A stretch of DNA of 64,000 nt from Clostridia bacterium (GTDB taxonomy: Bacteria; Bacillota; Clostridia; Christensenellales; UBA1242), in contig JAFVWN010000037.1 of assembly GCA_017501645.1 (NCBI GenBank), positions 2,400 to 66,399 of the forward strand, in the 5' to 3' direction. The position numbers and the translations under genes were made by a program. Below are positions 45,234 to 55,361 of the stretch, piece by piece. The stretch's first letter is position 1; every line of letters starts with the position of its first letter. The notes beneath the pieces are model-generated. The model did no database searches and had not been told where the DNA came from. It saw nothing but the letters and a program-made list of their open reading frames with translations.

Positions 45234-46685
45234 TTATTTCTTATTCATCATTAATTTTAAGTTTTGATTCACTCTTTCTTGATAATCTTTAGGAAGCCTA
45301 TAATCCCAACAACCCTCTGCTCTCCCCGGAACATTCATTCTTGCGGAAGCATCTTGCATTAATAGGTCTTGAATTTGCAAAACAACAGTGTCGCTTCTGC
45401 TTTCGATCATCTTTTGAACACAACTTACTAAAACCTCTTGATTAGAAGCGTCTTCTATCTCCATAAGTTTCAAAAACTCTGCTCTTTTTTCTTTTGATAA
45501 AGACTCTAAAAAGCCAATAAATGTATTATTATCGTGCGTTCCTAAATAAAAAATGCAGTTTTTATCAATATTTTTAGGCAAATGTTCACTTTCATTATGC
45601 CAAGCAAACTGAAGGACCCTCATCCCTTTAAGATTGAATAATTTTTTCACCCTTTCAGGCTCGCTTCTACAGATTCCTAAGTCTTCAATTACAACTTTTT
45701 TAAGTGAAATATTTTTCTTTAATGTGCTAAAAAAGTCTTCTCCTCCCTCTTGAACCCAAGTTCCTACTTTTGGATTTTTAGCGTCAATCTCATAATGTTC
45801 AACATAGCCTAAATAATGGTCTAAACGCAAAATATCATAGTTTTTTAACAATTTTTTTACTTTTTGAACAATAAAATTGTAATTATTCTTCTTTAGATAA
45901 TCCCAATCATAAATACAAGAGCCCCAGTTTTGCCCATTATCACAAAAATCGTCTGCAGGGACTCCTCCATATACTAAAGGATTTCCCTTTTTGTCAAGCT
46001 TAAAACAAATTGCATTGTTAAAAACATCAAAAGATTTTGGACTTGGATAAATTGGCATATCACCCAATATCTTAACACCTTTCTTTTTTGCATAAGCCTT
46101 AACTTTTGCCCACTGTTCGCTTAGTAAATATTGAAAAAACACCGTTTTGGTAATAATATCTGGGTTTTCAATAACATAATCAAAATTTATTATCGCATTG
46201 CCTAAAGTCAAGTTATTAACATCAATGTCAGTTCTTTGTTGATTAAATTCCATTACTCCTTTATAAAGAGCATAATCAAGAATTTCTATATTCTTTCTTT
46301 GAAAAGAAGCCAATTTCTTTTTGTAATCTTTTGTTATGTTCTTATAGGCAATATCTAATAGTTCCAGTTTTATCTTCTTTACCTTTGCATAGTCAACTTT
46401 TGGCGAAAGTTCACATCTTGCACGAACCTCATCTAATCTTGAAATAAGACCTCTTTCAACTAAGTCTTCAGGGTCAATAAACATTGTATCAAAAGCAAAA
46501 TAACACATAGAACCATAAGGACAATTATATTCATTTGTTTCAGTAAGTGGAAGCACTTGCCAAATGTCAATTTTTTGCTTTGCTAAAAAATCAATAAACT
46601 CAAAACTAGACCTTCCAAAATCCCCCACTCCGTAATTACTAACTAATGAAGATATATGACACAAAACACCAAACTCTTTTTTCAT
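45234..46685 (-). CDS. malQ: 4-alpha-glucanotransferase (amylomaltase)
   Basis: GH77-like pattern: GVLCHISSL...GDFG N-terminus, RLDHYLGY, GDMPIY and EDLG. Start set at MKKEFGV after the AAAGGAG RBS. Confidence 0.85.
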   Translation of the reverse strand: MKKEFGVLCHISSLVSNYGVGDFGRSSFEFIDFLAKQKIDIWQVLPLTETNEYNCPYGSMCYFAFDTMFIDPEDLVERGLISRLDEVRARCELSPKVDYAKVKKIKLELLDIAYKNITKDYKKKLASFQRKNIEILDYALYKGVMEFNQQRTDIDVNNLTLGNAIINFDYVIENPDIITKTVFFQYLLSEQWAKVKAYAKKKGVKILGDMPIYPSPKSFDVFNNAICFKLDKKGNPLVYGGVPADDFCDNGQNWGSCIYDWDYLKKNNYNFIVQKVKKLLKNYDILRLDHYLGYVEHYEIDAKNPKVGTWVQEGGEDFFSTLKKNISLKKVVIEDLGICRSEPERVKKLFNLKGMRVLQFAWHNESEHLPKNIDKNCIFYLGTHDNNTFIGFLESLSKEKRAEFLKLMEIEDASNQEVLVSCVQKMIESRSDTVVLQIQDLLMQDASARMNVPGRAEGCWDYRLPKDYQERVNQNLKLMMNKK

Positions 46686-46823
46686 ACTTACTCCTTTTTT
46701 ATATTGTACAACATTTTCAGCATTGTTTGCAATTAAATTATAAAACAATAAAAAACCGCTTGGTTATAAAAACCAAACGGTTATTTGTATAAAATTAAAT
46801 ATTTTGCGTTATTTTTTACATTT

Positions 46824-48494
46824 CTATTTTAGATTTTGTAAAACATAATCAATTCTTGACATTACTTCATCTTTTCCTAATGTTTGCATAATGCTGTAAA
46901 GGTCAGGAGTTTGAGTTCTTCCAGTAATTGCAACTCTAAGGATTGTACAAGCGTCTGCAACATTTCCCGCATAAGCAGTTGGATTTGCTTTATAAGCTTT
47001 GTTGTCTGTCGCAAAACCACAACTTCCCGCAACTTCTTTAACACCAGCAAACCACTCATCTTTTTGAACAGTTACATCAACAACATTTTTGTATGCAGTC
47101 AAGAAACGAACAATGTTTTCTTTTGCATATTTTTCATCAAAATTAAGAAGTTCTGCCCTGTCAAAAATCTCATTGAAGAAATATGAATATAAAGCTTTAA
47201 CATCTTTAAACTTAGCAATATCTTTTCTTGGTCTTTCAATTTCTCTATCAATATTAAGCATATTAATTGCCATATTTTTATGCTCTTTTAGAAGCTTAGC
47301 AAACTCTGTATCATACTTTTCTGCCCAAACTAAAGCACCATTATATACATCAACTTTGTTCATTCTTGAAATTAAGTTTTTGCTAATATCGTTAAGTTTA
47401 ACAAGGTCAAAAATTGGAGCAACTGCAGTAATATCGTTAACACCAAACTTAAACTCTTTCCAATCCAAGGTTGGATTTTCTCTTCTCCAGCTTTCAAAAC
47501 CAGAATTAATTAAGTTAAGCAAATACTCTAATACGCTTTCAATTGGATACCCCTCTTCAAAATAGTAACGCATATCAGCTTCTGGGTCATATCTCTTAGA
47601 AATTTTTCTTCTGTTACCCTCATCACCAATTTTACAAATTAATGGATTGTGACAATATGTAACATAATCAAAGCCTAAAGCATCAAAAATTTCCATATGT
47701 GCAGGAGTTGAGCTAATGTATTCCTCACCACGAACAACAATTGTTGTACCCATTAAAGTGTCATCAATTGCGTGTGCAAATGCATATGGAGGCACTCCAT
47801 CACTCTTAACAAGGATTATATCTTTTGCGTTTGCTTTTGTGTCTATTTCGCCTTTAATTAAGTCGTAGAACTTAACTCTTTCTGTTCCTGTATTTTTGGT
47901 TTTTAGTCTTATAGCAAAAGGCTTGCCTTCTTTGATATTGGCTTCAACCTCTTCATAAGACAAATCTCTACAAGGGTCGTATTCTTTAGCATCATCATTT
48001 TCAAACTTGTGTTCACGAAGTTTCAAAACATCTTCTTTGCCCTCAGTTTTTTTACAAAAACAAGGGAATGCTTTTCCTTCTGCAACTAGTTTTTTTGCAA
48101 AAGCTTTATATATTTCAACTCTTTGGCTTTGAACATATGGCCCATAAGCTCCAATATCTTCACCATCTAAAGTTTGATATTCATTTGCTTTAATTCCAAA
48201 ATTGTCTAAAATCTCATAAATAACTTGAGTAGCATCTTTCTTTTCTCTTTTAGAGTCTGTGTCTTCTATTCTCAAGAAAAACACACCATCTGTTACTCTT
48301 GTTAAGTTGTAAGAAATGAACATTTGAAAGAAATTTCCAAGATGCATATACCCTGTTGGGCTTGGTGCATAACGAGAAACCACTTGATTTTTGTCTAGAT
48401 TTCTTTTTGGATACTTGCTTAAAATTTCTTCAACTGTAAACTTGTTATTTGGATATAAAAGTTCAGCTATTTTTTGATAATTAGTCATCATTTT
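46824..48494 (-). CDS. gltX: glutamate--tRNA ligase
   Basis: Class I signature RYAPSPTGYMHLGN (HIGH-like) and KISKR (KMSKS-like). Start set at ATGATG after the GAGGAG RBS. Confidence 0.9.
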   Translation of the reverse strand, partial: KMMTNYQKIAELLYPNNKFTVEEILSKYPKRNLDKNQVVSRYAPSPTGYMHLGNFFQMFISYNLTRVTDGVFFLRIEDTDSKREKKDATQVIYEILDNFGIKANEYQTLDGEDIGAYGPYVQSQRVEIYKAFAKKLVAEGKAFPCFCKKTEGKEDVLKLREHKFENDDAKEYDPCRDLSYEEVEANIKEGKPFAIRLKTKNTGTERVKFYDLIKGEIDTKANAKDIILVKSDGVPPYAFAHAIDDTLMGTTIVVRGEEYISSTPAHMEIFDALGFDYVTYCHNPLICKIGDEGNRRKISKRYDPEADMRYYFEEGYPIESVLEYLLNLINSGFESWRRENPTLDWKEFKFGVNDITAVAPIFDLVKLNDISKNLISRMNKVDVYNGALVWAEKYDTEFAKLLKEHKNMAINMLNIDREIERPRKDIAKFKDVKALYSYFFNEIFDRAELLNFDEKYAKENIVRFLTAYKNVVDVTVQKDEWFAGVKEVAGSCGFATDNKAYKANPTAYAGNVADACTILRVAITGRTQTPDLYSIMQTLGKDEVMSRIDYVLQNLK

Positions 48495-49077
48495 CTCCTC
48501 TTTGTTCATCAATATAAGTCGCCATAACATCTGCCATATGCATAAACACAGCTAGCGGATATTTGCTATATGCATCACTATAAGTACTGCTAGAACCTTG
48601 CGCACGAGCGTCAAAACCACCCATATGCCAGTTAATAGCAATGGCTTCTTCTCTTGTTAGCCTCATATAGCCATTGATTATATACACACTTTTTTCGCCG
48701 TGTCCATATGGAAGAGCATCTTCAACAGTATAATATGGCTTTTCAACCCAAACACCATTCTCTTTTACATTTCTTGTGCTTTCTTTATAATAACAACACT
48801 TACACACATCGTGAAATAATGCACAAATAGTTATTGTTTCAAGATTAAGATTGTCCTCGCCATACTCGTCTACCGCAAGCCTTAAAAGTCTGTCATAAAC
48901 ATTTAGTGAATGTTGACAAAGCCCGCCTTTTTCTGCCAAATGAAACCTAGTTGAGCAGGGTGCGGTAAAAAAGTCTGTGCTTTCCAAGAAGCCAAGCAAA
49001 CCTTCTAATCCTTCTCTTTTAATATTTTCTCTTGCGATACGCAAAAATTCCTCTTTATTTGTTTCAATATCTAACAT
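48481..49077 (-). CDS. HD-domain phosphohydrolase
   Basis: 198 aa with H...HD (LFHDVCK) and the downstream histidine/aspartate pattern. It overlaps the gltX start, which suggests an operon. Confidence 0.75.
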   Translation of the reverse strand: MLDIETNKEEFLRIARENIKREGLEGLLGFLESTDFFTAPCSTRFHLAEKGGLCQHSLNVYDRLLRLAVDEYGEDNLNLETITICALFHDVCKCCYYKESTRNVKENGVWVEKPYYTVEDALPYGHGEKSVYIINGYMRLTREEAIAINWHMGGFDARAQGSSSTYSDAYSKYPLAVFMHMADVMATYIDEQRGENDD

Positions 49078-49183
49078 AATTTTATCCTTTTTTCCCTTAT
49101 GCCTTAATTATACCCCACAAGCCCCCAAACTGCAAGCCTTTTCCAAAAGTCTAGTCAAAATGAAAGATAAAAAGACAGCAGAT

Positions 49184-51406
49184 TTATTCCACTGTCTTTT
49201 TTGGTAAAATAATGTATTCTTGTTTTTCTTTAAGTATAATATCTTGTAAACAAGTATTGTCTATTTGATAAGAATTAACCACTTTCCCAACTTCTATACC
49301 ACTTGCTTTTACTACACCTGGAGCAAAAGTCAGCCCAACCGCAGATTTATACTGTTCGAGAGTATAACTATAATTGACTGTTAGTGTTCCGCTACTTGAA
49401 TAATAATTCCAATATGTTCCCCAACCGCTTGGTTTGCTAGAAGCATTTGAGGCATCAGTATAAATTACTAAACTACTTGAACATCGATAAAATGGTGCAT
49501 TGTAATAATATGGAGCAGATATCGTTGTTACACTGCTTGGAATATATACACTTGTTAATCCACTGCAAGAATAGAATGCTTGTTGTCCTATACTTGTTAC
49601 ACTATCTGGGATTATTACACTTGTTAATCCACTGCAACTATAGAATGCATAATTACCTATACTTGTCACTTCTTCTAGCACGCTTAAATCTGTACAATTA
49701 AATCCTTGTATTATTGTATTTGTACTTTTCTCTATTATTGCATTCTTTCCTCTGTCTTCATATGTTGTATTACCACTAGTCACTTTTACTTCTGTTAATC
49801 CACTGCAATCAGTGAATGCACGCACTCCAATACTTGTTACACTATCTGGTATTGTTACACTTGTTAATCCACTGCAACTATAGAATGCAGAATCTCCTAT
49901 ACTTGTTACACTATCTGGAATTGTCAAACTTCCGGTTAATCCACTGCATCTATAGAATGCAGAATTTCCTATATTAGAAATTCCGTTTTCTATTGTTAAA
50001 GTTCCATTAAGCCCTGAACATTCATCAAAAACATGATCCGCCATATTTACTAAAGTACTAGGGATTGTTAAATCTCCAGTCAAACCTGGACAACCAGCAA
50101 ATGCACAATACCCTAAGCTAGTTAACCCTTCTGTAAAGTTCAAATTACCTGTAATATAGTAATTGTCTTGAAAAGCACTTTCTCCAATGTTTTTTATATT
50201 GTTTCCAAGAATTAATTCTAGTTCGTAAGAATTATCATAAAACGCAAAATCACCTATTGATTCAACCCCATCACCTATGATTAAATAGCCTGAAAAGTAT
50301 TTACTGTCGGCAAACGCAGAATCACCTATACTTACTACACTATCCGGAATTATCAAACTTCCCGTGAAACCACAACCTGAAAAACACGCCTCTCCTATAC
50401 TTATAACACTGTCAGGAATTATTAATTCACCTTTTAGTTCTGTAAGATTAGCAAATGTATAATCGGCAACCTCTGTTAATCCGTCTTGAAATGTAATACC
50501 AGTCATAGATGTACAATTATAAAATGCACCAGTGCCATAAGTTGTTCCTATCGCTATACTGGTTTGTACATTATTATATTCTTTTGGAAGTACTATATTT
50601 CCACTTATTGATGTATTTTTTGCCTTTATGTCATATGTTCCTTTTGTCATATTTTCAATAAATGTAAAGTTGTTTGGATTTGCTGTTCTTGTATAAATAT
50701 TAATAACAGGAATTTCTGCATTTGCAGTTCTTTTATTAAATGTAGAGGCACTTTCTACTCTTGTCAAATCAATAACACCATTTGTACATTGACTTAATTT
50801 TGCATCATAGAAATACCCACAACAATTTTCATAATCAAGTGGCATATCACTTTCTTGAAGAGGATATGTTGTTGCTCCCGCAGGAGCTGTTATTGTTTTA
50901 GATAATCCACCATCAACATATATATTAATTGGTGTTCCCGGAGCTATTACTGTGGCCCCCTCTTCTGCGTAAATATGTAAGTCTTGGTCTTCACCACAAC
51001 CACTAAAACCATCTGCGTTGTTTTCGTAATTGAAAGTTCCACCACTTGCAACATAAACAGCACCACCCAAATCTGCAAAGCAGTTTTCTATTGTTCCACC
51101 GTCAAAATTGAATGTTCCTCCATTTGCAACATAAACAGCACCGCCATTTGTTGCACTGCAGTTTTTAATCTTTCCGCCAGTCATTGTAAAAGTTGCACCA
51201 TCTCCAACATAAACAGCTCCGCCATTATCTCCAATTGCATTAGAGATTGTTCCGCCTGCCATATCAAATGTTGAGTTTTCAAGCACTATTTGGCTTGAAT
51301 ACGCAAACGCATTAACTTTTCCATAATTATTTGAAGCAAAAGAAAAGCCTAGGCACATTATACCCAGTGCAAATACAAAACTTAAAATTGCTTTTAGTTT
51401 TTTCAC
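49184..51406 (-). CDS. secreted surface protein with N-terminal GGAVYV beta-helix repeats and C-terminal BspA-type leucine-rich repeats
   Basis: Signal peptide MKKLKAILSFVFALGIMCLGFSFA. There are 3 copies of GGAVYV(x)GGTF and at least 10 copies of IPDSVTSIG(D/N)SAFYSCSGLTS-type 22-24-aa LRR units. Confidence 0.75.
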   Translation of the reverse strand: MKKLKAILSFVFALGIMCLGFSFASNNYGKVNAFAYSSQIVLENSTFDMAGGTISNAIGDNGGAVYVGDGATFTMTGGKIKNCSATNGGAVYVANGGTFNFDGGTIENCFADLGGAVYVASGGTFNYENNADGFSGCGEDQDLHIYAEEGATVIAPGTPINIYVDGGLSKTITAPAGATTYPLQESDMPLDYENCCGYFYDAKLSQCTNGVIDLTRVESASTFNKRTANAEIPVINIYTRTANPNNFTFIENMTKGTYDIKAKNTSISGNIVLPKEYNNVQTSIAIGTTYGTGAFYNCTSMTGITFQDGLTEVADYTFANLTELKGELIIPDSVISIGEACFSGCGFTGSLIIPDSVVSIGDSAFADSKYFSGYLIIGDGVESIGDFAFYDNSYELELILGNNIKNIGESAFQDNYYITGNLNFTEGLTSLGYCAFAGCPGLTGDLTIPSTLVNMADHVFDECSGLNGTLTIENGISNIGNSAFYRCSGLTGSLTIPDSVTSIGDSAFYSCSGLTSVTIPDSVTSIGVRAFTDCSGLTEVKVTSGNTTYEDRGKNAIIEKSTNTIIQGFNCTDLSVLEEVTSIGNYAFYSCSGLTSVIIPDSVTSIGQQAFYSCSGLTSVYIPSSVTTISAPYYYNAPFYRCSSSLVIYTDASNASSKPSGWGTYWNYYSSSGTLTVNYSYTLEQYKSAVGLTFAPGVVKASGIEVGKVVNSYQIDNTCLQDIILKEKQEYIILPKKTVE

Positions 51407-51508
51407 TTTTCCTCCACCCTTTTCTTTAGTTTATAATTTTACACATATTATTATATATAATATTTTCAAAAACTCCAAACGATTTTGAGGTCAATTAAAA
51501 TTTTTTAA

Positions 51509-51543
51509 ACAAAAAAAACAAGTCGGCATCACGCCAACTTGTT
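51509..51543 (-). terminator. rho-independent terminator (distal of three downstream of rpoC)
   Basis: Minus strand: AACAAGTTGGC-GTGAT-GCCGACTTGTT followed by T8. Confidence 0.7.
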
Positions 51544-51629
51544 ATAGTAATAAAGGTAAGATTTAACGGTTCCGCAAGGCTCGTCAGGTTCTGGCTCGCT
51601 TGACTTTATTAGTCATAAACGAATGTGAG

Positions 51630-51661
51630 CAAAAAAACAAGCCAACTAATGTCAGCTTGTT
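51630..51661 (-). terminator. rho-independent terminator (middle, paralogous to 51509-51543)
   Basis: Minus strand: AACAAGC-loop-GCTTGTT followed by T7. It shares the flanking motif CTTGTTATARGTAATAARGGT with the distal copy. Confidence 0.65.
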
Positions 51662-51788
51662 ATAAGTAATAAGGTCGAAGTTTGCGTATATAACAAGGCA
51701 AAAGAAAAACTCCAAGCCGGAGTTTATATGAAATAAATGACTGTTTGGAGTTTTTCTTTTAACGCAGTTAGATGCGTGAAATTCGACC

Positions 51789-54700
51789 TTATTTATTTAC
51801 TGGAGTCATTTCACGATATTTCTTAAGTCCAGTACCTGCAGGAATTAACTTACCAATGATAACATTGCCCTTTAATCCTACAAGTGGGTCAACTTTACCA
51901 CGAATAGCAGCATCAGTAAGAACTCTTACTGTCTCTTGGAATGACGCAGCTGATAAGAAGCTGTCGGTTTCAAGAGATGCTTTTGTGATTGAAAGAAGAA
52001 CACGCTTAGCATAAGCAGGTTCTCCGCCATTTGCAAGAACTCTTTCGTTTTCTTCTTCATACTTAAAGATATCAACAATTTCGCCAGGTAGAATGTCTGT
52101 ATCTCCAGACTCTTCAACCTTAACTTTTCTAAGCATTTGACGAATAATAATTTCCATATGCTTATCGTTAACATCAACGGAGTTATTCTTATACACTTTA
52201 AGAACTTCTCTCATCATATAGTCTTGAACACCCTTAACACCCTTAGTCTTTAAGATGTCGTGAGGGTTAAGTGGACCTTCAGTGAGTTGGCTACCAGGCT
52301 CAACCTTGTCACCAACAATAACTTTGAATTTTGCACCATATGGTGTTGGGTATTGGATTTCGCCACCGTCAGCAGTTGCAATAGTAACAACTTGCTTAGC
52401 TTCATCAATGTTAGAAATAGTACCATTAACTTCACTAATGACAGCAACACCCTTTGGCTTCTTTGCTTCGAAGATTTCTTCAACTCTAGGAAGCCCTCTT
52501 GTAATATCGTCCGCAGACGCAGTACCACCGGCTTGGAAGACCTTCATTGACAACTGTGTACCAGGTTCACCAATAGATTGAGCTGCAATAATACCAACAG
52601 CTTCACCAACTTCAACCATATCACGAGAAGCCATATTTCTTCCGTAACACTTAGCACAAGTACCATACTTACATTTACAAGTAAATACAGTTCTAATTTC
52701 GACTTCTTCAATACCAGCGTTTTCAATAGCTGTAGCTTGTTCGCTAGTAATCATTTCATTAGCTTTAGTGATAATCTCACCAGTTTCTGGATGAACAATA
52801 TCATTAACAGCAACACGACCATAAATTCTTTCTTTAAGTGATTCAACCTTAGAAGTTCCGTCATAAATAGCAGAAACTTTCATTCCCTTAGGTTTCTCAC
52901 CAAGATTAGCATAACAGTCATCTTCTTCAACAACAACTTCTTGCGCTACATCAACAAGTCTTCTTGTTAAGTAACCAGCATCCGCAGTTTTAAGACCCTT
53001 ATCGACCATTCCCTTACGGCCACCACGAGTTTGAATGAAGTACTCGATAACTGAAAGACCATCTTTATAAGAAGAACGAATAGGAACTTCTATGACTTTA
53101 CCAGAAGTAGACACCATTAGTCCAATTGTACCAGCAAGCTGACACATATTACCTGCGTTACCACGGGCAGCAGAGTCAACCATCATCTTAAGAGGGTTCT
53201 TGCTTTCATAAACACCCATAGTTGCACCTTCAATTTTCTTAACAGCGTTATTCCAAATTTCAGTAATCTTAACACTCTTTTCTTCAGCAGTGATAAGACC
53301 TCTTCTGTATTGGTTCTTAGCTACAGTTGCAAGTTTGTTAGCCTCTTCAATAACTTCAGCTCTGTTGTCAGAAACTCGTACATCAAACAAGTTTGCAGTA
53401 ATACAAGCAACAGTTGAGTATTTGAAGCCTGTGTCCTTAAGTCTATCAAGAAGCTTAGCACACTCAGTTGAACCAAGGTTGTCATAACAAGCCTTGATAA
53501 TAGCCTTGATTTGTTTTTTACCTACAGGGTAATCAACTTCAAGTTTAAGCATATCTTCAGGAGTTTCTCTCTTGATTAAGCCAATGCCTTCAGGTAAAAT
53601 CTTGTTGAAGATAAGTTTACCAACAGTTGTTGGGATTCTTCCTTTATGAACAACGCCGTCAATTTCCTTTTCAACTCTAACAATAATCTTAGAGTGAAGA
53701 GTAATAAGACCGTTTTCATAAGCCATAATAGCTTCATCAGGACAAGTGAATACCATTCCCTCACCCTTTTCTCCGTCATAAGAAGAAGTTAAGTAGAAGT
53801 TACCGATAATCATATCTTGAGATGGAACTGTGATAGGCTCACCATCAGATAGTTTTAAAATGTTGTTAGATGCAAGCATTAAGAATCTTGCTTCTGCTTG
53901 AGCATCAATAGAAAGAGGAACATGGACAGCCATTTGGTCACCGTCAAAGTCCGCAGCAAACGCAGGACAAGCAAGTGGGTGAAGTTTCATAGCTCTTCCG
54001 TCTACTAAGATAGGCTCAAACGCTTGAATAGAAAGTCTGTGAAGAGATGGAGCACGGTTAAGAAGAACTGGATGGTCCTTAATAACATCTTCAAGAACAT
54101 CCCAAACTACAGGTCTTGCTCTTTCTACAACACGCTTAGCACTTTTAATGTTATGAGATTGGTTCAAGTCAACAAGTCTCTTCATTACAAATGGCTTGAA
54201 TAGTTCAAGAGCCATTTCTTTTGGAAGACCACATTGATAAATTTTAAGATTTGGACCAACGACAATAACTGAACGACCAGAGTAGTCAACACGCTTACCA
54301 AGAAGGTTTTGACGGAAACGGCCTTGCTTACCACGAAGAAGACCAGAAAGAGACTTAAGCTCTCTGTTTCCAGCACCAGAAATAGCCTTACCTCTTCTAC
54401 CATTATCAATCAAAGCATCAACAGCTTCTTGAAGCATTCTTTTTTCGTTTCTAATGATAATGTCAGGAGCACCAAGCTCAATTAGTTTTTTAAGACGGTT
54501 ATTTCTGTTGATAACTCTTCTATAAAGGTCATTAAGGTCACTTGTAGCAAATCTTCCGCCATCAAGTGGAACCATAGGTCTAAGCTCTGGTGGAATAACT
54601 GGAATAACATCCAAAATCATCCACTCAGGCTTAAAGTCACTCTTTCTAAATGCTTCAAGAAGTCTAAGTTTCTTAGAAGCATTTAGTTTCTTTTGACCTT

Positions 54701-55298
54701 TAGAATTGTTAACAATTTCTCTTACAGCTTTAGCTTCAGCTTCAATATCAATTTTTGAAAGAAGTTCTTTAACAACTTCAGCACCCATACCAGCTCTAAA
54801 AGCCTTAGGGCCGTATTTATCAACAGCCTCTCTGTACTCTCTATCGTTTAAGATTTGTTTGTATTCAAGGTCAGTTGTACCAGGGTCAACAACGACAAAA
54901 GATGTGAAGTAAAGAACTTGCTCTAAGCTCTTTAAAGGCATATCAAGAATAGTACCAATTCTTGAAGGAACACCCTTGAAGTACCAAATGTGAGAAACAG
55001 GAGAAACGAGTTCAATATGACCCATTCTCTCTCTTCTAACTTTGGCTCTTGTGACTTCTACACCACACTTATCACAGATGACACCTTTATATCTAATTCT
55101 CTTATACTTTCCGCAATGACATTCCCAGTCCTTAGTAGGTCCAAAAATTCTTTCACAGAACAAACCATCTCTTTCAGGTTTTTGAGTTCTATAGTTAATA
55201 GTTTCTGGCTTTGTTACTTCACCATAAGACCATTCACGAATTTTTTCTGGACTAGCAAGGCCAATTTGCATAGAATCAAAATTGTTTAATTCAAACAT
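51789..55298 (-). CDS. rpoC: DNA-directed RNA polymerase subunit beta'
   Basis: 1169 aa with the zinc motif [20 protein letters not shown], the catalytic [12 protein letters not shown] (here [12 protein letters not shown]), and trigger-loop and bridge-helix regions. Confidence 0.97.
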   Translation of the reverse strand: MFELNNFDSMQIGLASPEKIREWSYGEVTKPETINYRTQKPERDGLFCERIFGPTKDWECHCGKYKRIRYKGVICDKCGVEVTRAKVRRERMGHIELVSPVSHIWYFKGVPSRIGTILDMPLKSLEQVLYFTSFVVVDPGTTDLEYKQILNDREYREAVDKYGPKAFRAGMGAEVVKELLSKIDIEAEAKAVREIVNNSKGQKKLNASKKLRLLEAFRKSDFKPEWMILDVIPVIPPELRPMVPLDGGRFATSDLNDLYRRVINRNNRLKKLIELGAPDIIIRNEKRMLQEAVDALIDNGRRGKAISGAGNRELKSLSGLLRGKQGRFRQNLLGKRVDYSGRSVIVVGPNLKIYQCGLPKEMALELFKPFVMKRLVDLNQSHNIKSAKRVVERARPVVWDVLEDVIKDHPVLLNRAPSLHRLSIQAFEPILVDGRAMKLHPLACPAFAADFDGDQMAVHVPLSIDAQAEARFLMLASNNILKLSDGEPITVPSQDMIIGNFYLTSSYDGEKGEGMVFTCPDEAIMAYENGLITLHSKIIVRVEKEIDGVVHKGRIPTTVGKLIFNKILPEGIGLIKRETPEDMLKLEVDYPVGKKQIKAIIKACYDNLGSTECAKLLDRLKDTGFKYSTVACITANLFDVRVSDNRAEVIEEANKLATVAKNQYRRGLITAEEKSVKITEIWNNAVKKIEGATMGVYESKNPLKMMVDSAARGNAGNMCQLAGTIGLMVSTSGKVIEVPIRSSYKDGLSVIEYFIQTRGGRKGMVDKGLKTADAGYLTRRLVDVAQEVVVEEDDCYANLGEKPKGMKVSAIYDGTSKVESLKERIYGRVAVNDIVHPETGEIITKANEMITSEQATAIENAGIEEVEIRTVFTCKCKYGTCAKCYGRNMASRDMVEVGEAVGIIAAQSIGEPGTQLSMKVFQAGGTASADDITRGLPRVEEIFEAKKPKGVAVISEVNGTISNIDEAKQVVTIATADGGEIQYPTPYGAKFKVIVGDKVEPGSQLTEGPLNPHDILKTKGVKGVQDYMMREVLKVYKNNSVDVNDKHMEIIIRQMLRKVKVEESGDTDILPGEIVDIFKYEEENERVLANGGEPAYAKRVLLSITKASLETDSFLSAASFQETVRVLTDAAIRGKVDPLVGLKGNVIIGKLIPAGTGLKKYREMTPVNK

Positions 55299-55361
55299 AT
55301 TATTTCCCTCTACATTTGTGCTTTACTGCACTTAATTTATTTTTTTGTTAAAAGCCATCTA

